64,000 bases of DNA from Antedon mediterranea (lineage: Eukaryota; Animalia; Echinodermata): assembly GCF_964355755.1 (NCBI RefSeq), contig NC_092672.1:37268437-37332436 (forward strand), written 5' to 3'. The translations under genes were made by a program, and so were the position numbers. Numbering within the stretch: position 1 is the stretch's first letter; the number at the start of each line of letters is the position of its first letter. A model generated the notes under the pieces. The model was not told the origin of the DNA, searched no databases, and saw only the letters and a list, made by a program, of their open reading frames with translations. Positions 14,607-27,921 of this stretch are shown piece by piece.

Positions 14607-14929
14607 AGCTCGATTCCCACTAGGAAGCAACGAAAGGACGTAACGCAACGCAAAGTGATTTGACCAATCACAAGCGATGGATTTTTCGAAAGCGTGTAAT
14701 TGGCCAACTCGCTTGCGTTGCGTCAGCGTCCTTGCGTTGCGTCCTAAAGCGTGGTTCCCACTAGCGACGCAACACAAGGACGTAACGTAACGCAAGCGTT
14801 TTAACCAATGACAAGCGAAGTTATAGACAGTTAGCAATCACAAGCGAATAAGCCATCGCTTGTGATTGGTCAATTCACTTGCGTTGCGTTACGTCCTTGT
14901 GTTGCGTCGCTAGTAGGAACCACGCTTTA
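14607..14929. mobile_element. Two nested family A MITEs
   Basis: An inner complete copy at 14748-14926 (TAA|AGCGTGGTTCCCACTAG...CTAGTAGGAACCACGCT|TTA) sits in the right arm of another copy. Confidence 0.7.
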
Positions 14930-16091
14930 TGTTTAACGCGATGCTGCTCGAGCTTTCCTATAGCATTACATTGTTGTCTCTGTTTGGTATATACTTTTCC
15001 ACGAATTTTATAAATAATCCAACCTAGTTACGTACCAACGTATGATATTTCATGTTCCATTTATAACACATTAATCATATAATGTGCTGATGTTAAGACT
15101 ATCCAGCAAAACCCATTATCTGTTTATTTTATTATTCTTTTGCTATGTATTTTTTAATTTATCAACACTAATGGACTGGATGTGGTTTTTATGTCAGTTT
15201 TCCGCTTCGGTAAAAAGTATTTGATTACTTATTTATTCATATTACTTTGGGGAACCACTGAGGAGTTCAAGGGTATAAATTCAATGACGCAATAATATTA
15301 TATATATAAACCAATGTACTATACAGATTAATCTGAAATCTGAAATGATTCTCTCTAATTTGTGTTTATGAAAAGATTTTGCGATTCGGTTAAATCAGAC
15401 AAATATAATAAATGAATACCCACAGGAACAAACTACGTTAATACAATGGCTCACAATCTTTTAACTTGAAAGTTTGGTGGTATGATAAATGATTTATCTA
15501 ATATATCTATGTGATTTTTATTTCAGTATAACATTAAAAAGAGGCAAATATTGAAATTCGTCAGATGATACGCACAATCAAGGAAGCGAATAAATATGGC
15601 GTTTTCATTTCCTCTATCAACAGATTGTCTTTGTGTATCTATATATAAATTTACGTAAGGGCAAAATTCGGTAAATCGCGCCTTACTTCTAGAATTTTTA
15701 CTCGATGGTATGTAAAGTTGGTTCGTACTTTCGGTACTGATTTTAACCACCTGATGTAACCCTGTTTACTAATTAAATTAAGTTAGATAATTAGTTATTG
15801 ACGATTAAAACGAATTTAGGTTCAACGATTTGCCCCAAATAGGGGTGTTTTCCGATCGTGGTATACACTGTCTAATGGATGTCCATCTTGAAAAATACCC
15901 GCCACAAAAATGCGAGGAGGCTTCGCATTTTCCTATCTCCTCCTACGATAATTGTTTTTAATAGCTGAAAACCGGTTGAACAGTTCGAGTACAGCATCAT
16001 AATGTTGAAGACAGGCCGATTTTCTTTAAAAAATACTATTTTGATACATTTAATATACGTTTTTACAAATGTATTGATTTGTGATGAATGG

Positions 16092-16878
16092 AACATTCCA
16101 AATTATTTGGTTTAACCATACAGGTATAGATTTAGATTTATGGGCCCCCTTGGAGAATAAACATAAATAGTATTGCAATGCTGTACAATACTGTTAAGGT
16201 ATTAACCACTTTTGATCGCAATTTGAATCGCAAATTTCTTACTGTGAGTGTTGGTACTGTTAGATGTAATATAAAAATATATACAAATAAACTTTATTAC
16301 TGTGAGTGTGGGTAGGCCCTACTGTTAGATTATAAACATATAATATACAAATAAACATTCCAAATTATTTGGTTTAACCATAGAGGTAGAGATTTAGATT
16401 TATGGGCCCCCTTGGAGAATAAACATAAATAGTATTGCAATGCTGTACAATACTGTTAAGGTATTAACCACTTTTGATCGCAATTTGAATCGCAAATTTC
16501 TTACTGTGAGTGTTGGTACTGTTAGATGTAATATAAAAATATATACAAATAAACTTTATTACTGTGAGTGTGGGTAGGCCCTACTGTTAGATTATAAACA
16601 TATAATATACAAATAAACATTCCAAATTATTTGGTTTAACCATAGAGGTAGAGATTTAGATTTATGGGCCCCCTTGGAGAATAAACATAAATAGTATTGC
16701 AATGCTGTACAATACTGTTAAGGTATTAACCACTTTTGATCGCAATTTGAATCGCAAATTTCTTACTGTGAGTGTTGGTACTGTTAGATGTAATATAAAA
16801 ATATATACAAATAAACTTTATTACTGTGAGTGTGGGTAGGCCTTACTGTTAGATTATAAACATATAATATACAAATAA
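16092..16878. repeat. 262-bp tandem repeat, 3 copies
   Basis: AACATTCCAAATTATTTGGTTTAACC starts at 16092, 16354 and 16616; the copies are nearly identical. Confidence 0.95.
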
Positions 16879-18937
16879 ATAAACGTTATTACTGACAGTT
16901 GCTTCTCAACGTTTGTATTAATTAATAATTTAAAAATATATAAACGTCGTAGTGGTGTATCGTTACATGTACTTTACTATTTCAATCGACTATGACAGTG
17001 AGAGTTTTAACAAAGTACCGTATTAAATCGTAAATGTTTTACTGTATTTAGTGGTATATTATTTATAGGCCTATAAAACATTAAAAACAATATTTCGTTA
17101 CTGAGTGGATAAGAATATATTTTAAAATGTTTCCTCTTTGTACCTATCTTCTTCCCCCATCCCTCAACCCTCAACTCTCTCGGAAGTAATTCCCAGGGTG
17201 CTAATTTTGGTTGACTACATAAATCATTGTGTATATTTATTCGTTTCTGTAAACGACAATGTATTATAGTCCTGCGGTACGTACATTTGAAATCTCCATT
17301 TTTTTCTCGCTGGAAATACTGTGCATTCGAGAACCATCTGTGGGCACGACCTAGATGGTACGCGAGCGAAGCGAGCGTGCCATCTAGTAATTATGAATTT
17401 ATTTATCGGAAAAAACACATCATTATCTGTTATCAGAAATATAATGCTGATTCACCACAGTTACACCTGTATTTGTTTTTTTAAACAACAACATTTTAAA
17501 ACTCGTGGATGATACGCGCAATCAAGGAGGCGACTAAATATGGCGTTTAAATTTCCTCTGTCAACAGATTTTGTTTATCGTTGTCTGACTATGAATTACA
17601 AGTTATTTTTCGAAATTGATCCCAGCATTGCAGACTCGTGCCGATCTTTATTACATGATGGGGGATGAGAGCAAAGACACAGTGTATATTGCTGAATCAC
17701 CACCCGTTCCATATTTAAATACCGTAGGTTTGAACAACCCTTACATTTTTGCTGGTAGATAAATATGTATCGAAGACAAGCAAACCAAAGAACAAGTTCG
17801 AGTTAATTTCCTTCCTCGTACCGGCAACGATTACACAACGCATGCGCTGTTTCCGTCGGGGTCAAGTTCACAACTCATCATCAAAATGCATGTATGGAAT
17901 ATATACCAGCAAATTAGATAAAATGAACGAAAGCTACATGATTGTGTACATAATGATGCTAGAATGCACAAGAGTCAACGGAACCTAGTGATGATAACAG
18001 TTGGAATAATGACCAGTTGTTAAAATTGGTAAGAAATGCCATTGGTTAAACCCATTGGATCTTTCTTTATTTTTTAGGCCTACCTACTAAACAGACAATC
18101 GTATTTTTCTTTATATTATCACTGTACATAGTTAACCTCTACTTATGAGGATACCTTCGGAACCCTACGAAGTGTCACCGGGGGGGGGGGGGGGGATGTC
18201 CTCTAAATAGGGATTTGCCATATTATGTATGAACATAGTACTATTATAATACTATATTATGTATTCCTTCTTTTTCATTTCACGGGAAAGGAGGTGTGTT
18301 GTAAAGGAGGTACAGTGTTTTGTTTGTTTTCATTGTTCATATATTATGGCGGGGGTATAAGCAATCAAATGAATGACAGTTAGAGGCTACGAGTATGTAG
18401 GGCCGTAGCCACAAGCATTAACTGGGGGTATTTTTTTAGTTCAATTTTTGTTATGTCTCATTTGAAATAGCGCCACCAATATTTGAGAGGTTTTTTTTAG
18501 GTTTATAGAAACTTGATTGCAATTTTTCATTTGTTAAATTTATGTTAAATCAACTTTTGAAGGTCGAAATACTAACATTTTTTAGGTTAATGATTGAATT
18601 ACAAGAATATATGCATACGCCTTTATAGCCAACTATTATCCATCCAGTAAGATAGGCTTACATAGTACAAAATATTCAGCTTTAATTAAAATGTATATTT
18701 TGCCCTTGGCGAACATTTTGGTAATAACCACTTGTTTTATATAATTAATATCATGATTGGATACTTCAAAATGGACACCACAGAAGGAGAAAGCTTCAAT
18801 GAATGGAAAGAAGAGCAAGACAAATATAAAATCAAAACTACAAAGAACAATAAATATATATGACAAAACAGTTAATAGCTATTTAGAGTAGTTAGACAGA
18901 TGGGATCTCTTTCGATTCTAGTTTTCATGTCATGTTA

Positions 18938-19246
18938 GGAGTGGAGCTGTGGCTTGGTGGTTATGATGCTTGGCTACCAATCTAAGGGTCCTGGGTTCAA
19001 GTCCTGTCATATGTCAGGGTTTTTTTCTCATGACAATTTACAACTCCACTCCCAAAGACTTAATAATAAGTCTTTGTCTATGTAGAGCATCTTGTGTATA
19101 TGTTTGTCTTATATGTTCTAGTGCAGTATATGGAGAGCCATCTCGATAGTGCTTTGCACTCATGGCAATCCTCAGGGTGCTGCACCGCTGTGTTGTCATG
19201 TATGTTTGCCTGAAAATTAAATAAAATAAAAAAAATAAAATAAAAA
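18938..19246 (+). mobile_element. tRNA-derived SINE
   Basis: Pol III A box TGGCTTGGTGG (18950-18960) and B box GGTTCAAGTCC (18994-19004) with tRNA-like spacing, then a ~200-bp unrelated body and an A-rich (TAAAA)n tail. Confidence 0.75.
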
Positions 19247-20943
19247 TGGTGATGTCGTGAAGACTACATTCAATGAATTACACTTGTTTAACGCTCTGTC
19301 TACCAAAAATGATGTGCCCTAAATATGGTAGTGATATGACATCATCGTGTCCATATATTATGGTCATATCCCATTTTTGTTCACATAAAGTTTAATAGTG
19401 TAGACAGAGCTTAAGACATGAGCTAATAGAAACGTTGTTTACATCTTATCTATCATTTGGTCATTTATGAATATATCTCTCTATACAATATTTGTCAACC
19501 GTAGCATTATATTTGTTTTATGACGAAGTTCCCTACGCGAAAAAAAAACCCTTATCACGTTTTTGGTCACAAGCATGATCACAATGCTAAACTAAGTAAT
19601 GGCTAGTGTGGTGGTTTCTGCACAACAAAACATTCCGCCGATTTTCACTCCGAAATCTAATTAATTGGAAAGATAAATAAAATGCATTCAGAAATTAATA
19701 TTACAACCAGACACTTTGTCGTCACAGTTAATATTATATCAATATATGGATTATATACTGGAATATAAGACTGGTCTGCTTAGTTCACTGTTAATCAAGA
19801 GAAAATAATGATATGATTTTATCAAAATAGCCATTAGTTTGTGTATTTGAAGAGTTAAATTGTCGTAAACTAATATACGTTTTGCGAGTTTATTTTCTGC
19901 CGAAACCGCATCCTAAAATCAATTTGAATCATGCCACTCATCGAATATAGCACAACAAGTTAGAATTCTATACTGTTATGAACACAATTTGCTGACGAGA
20001 TTCGAACACTCGAATTCCATAACATTAGACCACATATACGGGGACGTACTTACTTTCACAGAATAAATGTCTTAATTTTGAAAAATACATTATTATAATG
20101 TAATTTAAAAATAATATTTTAAATACCTATCCTTGAGTCATATAAAATTCATTAAACAGTAATTAATTTTAATGATATAGGGAGATAGAACAAACTGATG
20201 ATGATACACGGAACGGTGTCCTTGCACGACGAATAGCACTGCCCACTATGACCGTCTTTTTGAGGATTGAGTTCATTTTAATTTTCAAAACCACCATTAG
20301 TATCACTGTCTTAACAGCATGTACTAATTCAATCATTATTATTTCATGTCATATCACATTATGTATCAAACGAGTTGCATAATATTATTCAATAACTATC
20401 TGTCAACGTTGAGTGCATGACGTTGGCCAATATTAAGTTCGTATGATTGATAATAGCATTACCAATTTTACATTCTACTCGACAGAGAAACTCTAGATCA
20501 GATTTGGAAATTTAATAATGATCGTGTTGAACCGCAATGAATCATGCTCAATAATGTCGTGTTCATTCGGCCACGTTTTGCATTAAAGATCACTATTATA
20601 AGTGTTGGTATCTTGACCATCAAATACGAGGTATATAATTTACATTTACGGGTAGTTTCAACAACAAAGGCCTTCGTGAAACCTCGATCGATAATATTAA
20701 TATATACAGATCACAAGCATGTTTGTATAACTTTCGTGAACACGGAACGTTAATTATTATCTGAAAAAACGTTCGTGATAATTTGATAAACTGGCGTATT
20801 ATTATAATTCTCGTCAGCTGTGCACAAGTTGGATTCGTTAAATGTAGTTAGCGTCGAAATAATTGGATTGAATACATTGAGTCTTAATAATTCCAATCAT
20901 ATTTATTTTATGCAGCAACTGGTGTTTTAAAGCTATATACAAC

Positions 20944-23686
20944 ATGAACGTGTTGCTGCTTAGCGTGCTTGTCTTTCTACTGGTATTACGAGGTAGGTAC
21001 GACTATTCTTTACAGTATACAGTTTTAAGATTAAGTACCCCTACGTTTCGGTAAAATACAAAACAAAAAAGCAAGTAATTGTTTTAGGACCTGCAATACT
21101 TTTTAGAGTCATGTATTCACCAATAACACAGGCTAAGGGAAACACACTTAAAATGTGTACAATTATTCTAAGTGAATCCTTAAAAATTAATATTGACTTA
21201 AGTACGGCCACAGCATCAGATATTGTAGATTTCTAATCTTGATCCTAATAATGGTCTTGTTTTATAGTTTACCTGTTTTTTTATGTTTTACTGTTTCTTA
21301 TATTTTACTTGTTTAAATAAAGTTTGCGGTACACCACGTGAATATAGAACAAGAACCGTTGAGAACTATATATACGTGGTGTATCGCAAACTTCATATCA
21401 ACATTTGTTTTCGCCATGTAAATTATGCAAAATATATATATTTTACTTGTTGATAAATTATTAAATTAAATATTTTAATAAATTACCTTGACCTTGATTC
21501 AATAATAAAGCGTCCAAAACATGATACTTTTGTGTTCACCTCATCAACATTTAGTGTTGTGGTGTTTTGTTCTAAACTAAAAATTGTCATATTATATAAA
21601 GCTCAGTTTATTTATTACCATTATCATCTACTAGGTATTTCTTCTCGAAGTAATGAATCGCTACTTGTTGAGGAATTAATGAGGGAGTATGGCCCAGCGA
21701 GTACTCGACCTGTGCGTGTCCAGGAGGAGATTTGTCACGTCTCGATGCGCTACATAATCGCAAACGTTATATCACTGGTAAATATTTTAAACAATTGTTG
21801 ATTACGCAATAATAAAGGCTAGTGTGTCAGGCGGCGCCCGTAGGAAATGCATATTCTGCACACAAAGTTTTTTTTATCATTCTATCATTCTTTATTCACC
21901 AATGAAAAATCAGCCCCAAATTGTATTATTTCCAAAAATGGAAGTACTATCAACAATCCTGACGACATTTCTCCACAATCGGTGAACATATGGCGAATGC
22001 TAAAACCAGTAGTACATTTTGAATCAAACCAAAATGTCTCTGAGTCAAATTCACTCGAACAATGTATATTGCCAGACATCACAGAAGAATTTGTTCAAAG
22101 TCAAATATTAGTAATGTCTGCTGGTAAAGCAACAGGTCCAGACGACGTCAGTGGAAAAATGCTAAAACTAGCTTACACACACGTGACAAAGTCATTAACC
22201 CATGTCCTAAACCTATCAATACGATGCGGACATTACACTACAGAGTGGAAAATGGCCTCTGTTACACCTATTCACAAAGGAGGAGACAAAAGTAACACTA
22301 ATAAATATAGGCCAATTTCAATCCTACCAATTGTTTCAAAAATTTTAGAAAGGTTGGTACATTCGGCCGTCTACTCGTACCTTAATGTGAATAAACTGAT
22401 CCCATCTTGTCAATCAGGGTTTAGACCGTTTCACTCAACTGTAACAACGCTACATGATAACCAACGAGTGTTTACATGCCATAGAACAGGGTAAAATGAC
22501 TGGTACTGTTTTTATAGACCTGAGCAAGGCTTTTGACTCAGTTAATCATGAAACTCAAATGTATGTGCATGTCACCATCTGTAATGGAGTGGTTTAAATC
22601 ATATTTAAGTGATCGCAGTCAATATGTAAACATTGGTGGCACAAAATCGAAGACGTGGCCACTAAACATTGATGTGCCACAGGGTTCGATTTTGGGGCCA
22701 CTGCTTTTTATCATTTACACAAGTGATTTACAAAATTGTATTCCTAACAACTGTAAGTTGTTCATGTACGCTGACGATTCAACCTTGACATGTAGTTTAC
22801 CAACCATAGACGGAATAGATACAAATTTAAATATGGTATTAGATATAGTACAAAATTGGGCAAACAGAAACAAACTCACTATAAATGCAAACAAAACTAA
22901 ATCAATGCTCTTCGGATCGAAAAAGAAAATATCTACTAACGCGTACAACCTTAATCTAAAAATTGCAAATATAATAATTCAGTTGAAAAGGTAAAATCTT
23001 TTAAATGCTTAGGTGTCATAATTGACGAAACGTTAAGTTGGTCACCGCATGTTGAAAAACAGTTTCTTTTAAACTAGGCATGCTAAATCGGATTCGCGAC
23101 TGTATTCCACAAGGTTGCATAAACACACTACTGTATTCACTAGTCTAGTAAGGCCGTCATTAGACTATTGTTGTACAGTATGGGGTGGCAGGTATGCATC
23201 CCATAACAAAACACTTAATAAGTGTTTAAAACGAGCTGCAAGGCTTATTTTAAAATGTCCATATCTGACTCCTTCAGTAGACATGTTCTCAGATCCAGGC
23301 TGGCTTTCATTTTCGGACAGAGTTTCATTTAAAAGGACTGTCTTTGTATTTAAATGCATAAATAAAATGACTCCTGAATATATGACTAATATATTTACAC
23401 CCTTATCCCAGTCACGTGTAACGAGGCAGTCCACATTGTTGAAGTTAAAGATTCCTTTTGCGAGAACAGAATGTTTCTCCACAAGTTTTAGTGTTGTTGG
23501 TGCAACCCTGTGGAATAGTGTCGAAGAGGAGTTAAGAACCATCACATCCTTAGGGTTATTTAAATCAGAACTTCATAGGAAGTACTATATTCAGCAAAAC
23601 GCTATTATGTAAATGGTTTTTAACTCAATGGAGGGCCCCAATGGAAATTAGTTTTTAACTGTTTGGGCTTACCCTGGGTAAACAAA

Positions 23687-23737
<51 letters not shown>

Positions 23738-26108
23738 GAAAATGGAGCAAACAAAAATAGCTTTAGCTAATAGAGGGGTTTCCCCATACGTCACCATACA
23801 AAAACACAGTATACAGTACGAATAAAAGCAATGAAATAGCCATAGCAATACATAGCAATGGAATTGACATAATAAAGGGCATTTAATAAGAAACAGATGG
23901 CACACCATAAATCAGTAACTTGATAATTTAATTTCTGTTATATTTTTAAAAAAAATATTTTTAGATTTAATATCTAATATATCTAAATGCAGTTAGTTCG
24001 AGTTTGATTTGACTATTTTAAAATTATTTTGTTTCATAAATACAGGACGAACCTAATCAGATAATGACAGTTAGTGGTTGGCTAAAATATGTAAGTATAA
24101 TGTTTAATGTTTAACATTCTACGTAACATTGTACATTATTACAGCACGGCGTTAAACGTTAAAATCATATAGTATTAATAGCGCCCTCAACTTTAGGTTA
24201 GTTTTAACTGACGTTATGGGGCGCTATTTATCCATCATTTATAATGAAAGCTTTTCCGATATACTTTTTTCTGCATGGTGCATTCATACACAAATAGGAA
24301 TTTTATTTAAAAATAAAATCATGAAATACTTTGTTGACTATACGTTGGTATTTAGAACTGTAAGTTTGATTACGCAATGAGTCGAATATTAGTAAACTAA
24401 ACAAATATATACAACTTGTAAATGGCCTATTGTATAAACACACAACGGTAATTCCGACATCATGACGTAAAATTGACTTTGCTTTTGTGTTTTAGGCCTG
24501 GGTCGATGAGTATCTACAGTGGGATGCCAACGAAACCAATGTTGATTCGATACGAGTTGCGACTCATCAAATATGGCACCCGGACATTACGCTTTACAAC
24601 AAGTAAGTAGTATCGTATCCTATCCAATAGGCTACAAATAAACTTACAAACGGATACGGTGCAAATTCTAAAAATACTGTTCAGAGAGAAATTCTAAAGC
24701 TCTGTCTACACTATCAAACGTTATATGACAAAAAAGTGTAGTGTAATATAGTAGTGATATGACATCATCATGTCCATATATGGGCACATCACATTTGTTG
24801 TCACATAAGGTTTGATAGTGTAAACACAGAACTTTATAAAATAAATTTGATATCTAAAAACGTATTGTTTTTTTATTTTCTAGCGTTGATAGTAAATCGG
24901 AGCCTTCAAAATCAGACTTGCTCGCGACCGTGAGTTCAGACGGCTCGGTCACGTGGTCGTCACCAGCTATTTTTGTCAGTTCCTGTATCTTAGACGTTCG
25001 ATATTTTCCGTTTGATACACAGATATGCGAACTAGAATTTGGGTCGTGGTCGTACGAAGGTCACGAAGTACAACTTGGACTGATGGGTGGTGAGGAAGCT
25101 CAGCAAACTGAGTTTGCTGAAAATGGTATATGGAGTTTAGAAGATGTTGAGGTCAATGTACAAACACGAATAGCTAGTGGTACCTATAACTACTCAACAA
25201 TCAAAATGTATCTTAGGTTAAGAAGACGTTATGAGTTTTACCTGTCGAATATTATGCTTCCGTGTGTACTTCTCTCATTCATGTCGACGTTGGTATACCT
25301 GTTGCCGCCTGATTGCGGTGAAAAGATTTCTTACGGGATGACGCTCGTTCTTAGCCTTCTGGTATTTCAACAATTCATTGCAGAAAGCCTACCACCAGTT
25401 GCAGACGGAAGTCCTATTTTAGGTTAGAATGTAAAATTAGTAATGTTTATATCTATAATTATAATAAAAGCTGCACAACTTTGTAGTGTGTATTTTTGCA
25501 AATCATGACATCATCATCATATGGGTATCACATGACCTTGACATTATTCACTGACACTCTTTTCAACATTCGTGTGAGAACTTGAGATTGTATAGACGCC
25601 ATTGAATTAATCTAATCTATTTTTGTTTTATTTACCAGGTTTATATTTTACATTCGTTATAACGATGGGATGCCTAGCCATGGTAGTGACGTCAGTCGTT
25701 CTCAATATATATTGTGGCAGAGATGTTAAGCCTCCGCCACGTTGGATGGAAATACTACTTCTAGAAAAGCTGGGCCCTTACATTGGAAGATATCGTAAAA
25801 GAAAACAGTACCTTTCCATACCCGATAATCACACAAACGGAATAGAAAATGCATTTGAGACACAAACAACTAGTTTTAAAGACAGTAAAAGTGCCGATTG
25901 TAAAAAGACATTGGAAACAAAAGGAAATGTGGATAGTGCGCATGATGCGCACAATTATAATTCTACTGTGCATGACAATGATTTTGATAGTATGTACAAC
26001 AAATGGCAACACATTTCAGTTGTAGTGGACCGGCTGCTTCTCATATGTTCAATGACTATTGTATTAAGTGCGGCAGCAATTATTATATTAATGATATATT
26101 TACAGTGA
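20944..26108 (+). CDS. nAChR-like Cys-loop receptor subunit, non-alpha type, ~450 aa; exons 20944-20992, 21635-21777, 24046-24090, 24496-24602, 24884-25422, 25639-26108
   Basis: Signal peptide MNVLLLSVLVFLLVLRG; RPV; DEPNQ; WVDEYLQW; loop A IWHPDITLYN; Cys-loop CILDVRYFPFDTQIC; FGSWSY; M1-M4 with LPPDCGEKIS and VVDRL. All introns are GT-AG with matching phases (1353 nt = 451 codons). Confidence 0.92.
21880..23736 (+). mobile_element. 5'-truncated, frameshifted CR1/L2(Crack)-group non-LTR retrotransposon in nAChR intron 2
   Basis: RT motifs across three frames: KATGPD, YRPISILPIVSKILE, QSGFR, VPQGSILGPLLFIIY, YADD and LDYCCTVW. Ends in a 3' stem-loop and a (TAA)n tail at ~23688-23736. The 5' boundary is approximate. 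Confidence 0.9.
24698..24832. mobile_element. MITE family B in nAChR intron 4
   Basis: TAA|AGCTCTGTCTACACTATCAAAC...GTTTGATAGTGTAAACACAGAACT|TTA: inverted termini with TWA flanks (PIF/Harbinger-like). Confidence 0.7.
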
Positions 26109-26932
26109 TGCCACAATATTTGATATTATATTTGTATTATAACTAATTAGTATTTTTTTAAAGTATTAATACTCGTTGCTGTCTAATGAATGTGTATCAT
26201 CAAAAACTGTGAAACTATAGATTAAAACGAAATACACTTGTGTTGTATTCATTATTTTAAAAAAAACACAATTACGTAACAGTACATTATTAACATACTT
26301 ATTATAGTAAGCTAACATGTGAATGAGAATGTATTCGTGTTTGATATAAATATTAACAATTGAAGGGAAATAATAATGCGATGCACTTACATCAATAATG
26401 CGCAGCCGCAGTTCATAATACTGTTTTGATTGGTCACCGTGGTTCAATCAATCTATTAAAAAAACCAAGATACAAATTAATTTTATCCAACCAATGTAAA
26501 ATACGAAAGAAAAACCTTTTAGGTATCTATTAACATTAATGTCACAAACTTTCAGTTTTCCTGGTATGGCTGTTTCGTAATAATTGGATGTTTACATTTG
26601 TATTAAGGAATAAGACAATTTTGAATCCATTTTATTCTTTTGAAATTTATTTTATTTTTTATTAAGAGATTTTATGTTGACACACAATTTCTTATTATCA
26701 TCATTATAGTCCATATCTTGTATACTTTGCTAAGACTTAATTTTGTTGGAAATGCGTCATTCGTTGTATTAATATTTTGTACTCTTTTATATTCTAATAA
26801 ACATGATATACAATTGGTAAACTTCAATAAAAATGCTTAGACTTAAAAAAACATAACTTGTTTTAAAACGCATATTCTTCCTATGTTTTGTTCCAAAATT
26901 ATCTGTTGTTGTAGTTTCATGTTTTATAGTAT

Positions 26933-27510
26933 TGTAATATAATGATATACTTTTATAATTAAGAAATCAACCTTTGTATTAGAATTCAAATATAGTTCAC
27001 AAACTTGGCCCAGAAAGACCAGTGGAGAAATTATCCAGATGTTTTAAAGTCCATTTAGTTTATAATTGAACCCCTAAAGAAAACACTTTGCTTAACTTTG
27101 TGACCTTTCCCATCGTTAAACCAGGAGAAATTGACACTATTTAAGTACAGATTTGACAGTGTTTCATTGAAATACCTTATTATACCGTTAATCACTTCTA
27201 CTTAAACACCCCTGGATCAACTTAGGACCAATCAGTAACCTCTGAAATGACGTATTGACATATGCAAATGAACTGAGCCAATATACCCCCAAGTTTCAGA
27301 AGAGCCCAGACACACCTCACAGCCATTTCTCCAGAAGCAGACCTACTCACACTCACATCTCACCGACAGCATCACCTAATCCTCTGTTTCTTAATAGTTG
27401 TATCATTATTATTGTATCATCAAGTTGAAGTATTATACTGAATAAACAATATATGTGTTACTACAGTCAAGCGAGTACAGCCTTCATTACAAGTCAGAAA
27501 CCTCATAACA
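26933..27510 (+). mobile_element. Possible solo LTR (Gypsy-like)
   Basis: Starts TGTAAT and ends CATAACA, with flanks GTAT / CTAT (4-bp duplication with one mismatch). Internal CCAAT boxes, octamer ATGCAAAT (~27262) and AATAAA (27441) about 65 bp from the end. No matching block upstream of the other paralogs. Confidence 0.4.
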
Positions 27511-27921
27511 CTATATTACAGTATACGGTACATAAATTTGAATGAGCTGCAGTAGTGTGTTGTACTAGAGCGCATGACTATCGCCCCATATTCTACAGAA
27601 CTCTGCTACACACTTGTTTGCTGGTTGTTTAGTTACATCGGTTTTGAATGTTCTTCTTAGTTAAGGTAAGATATTTAATTATATCATTTATTATTATTAT
27701 ATATACATTATTTATATTATGTGGTCACAATCTCTAATATAGACCAGTCTAATAGTATGCATTAACCAAAATAGATCTGGTAATTTCAAAGAGAATTTTT
27801 CCAAATTGACAAATCTTTAAATACAGGCCTAAAGGGATAGTTTATAGTTCTATTATAAAAAAAGTCCTTTGATCTTGTTTCGTTCGATGTTTTTTAAATA
27901 ATTGTCTTTATAATTTCCAGT

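Noticed and set aside
18943-19015. Functional tRNA gene
   Set aside because: Acceptor and anticodon arms are imperfect, and the sequence continues into a body and A-rich tail, consistent with a SINE.
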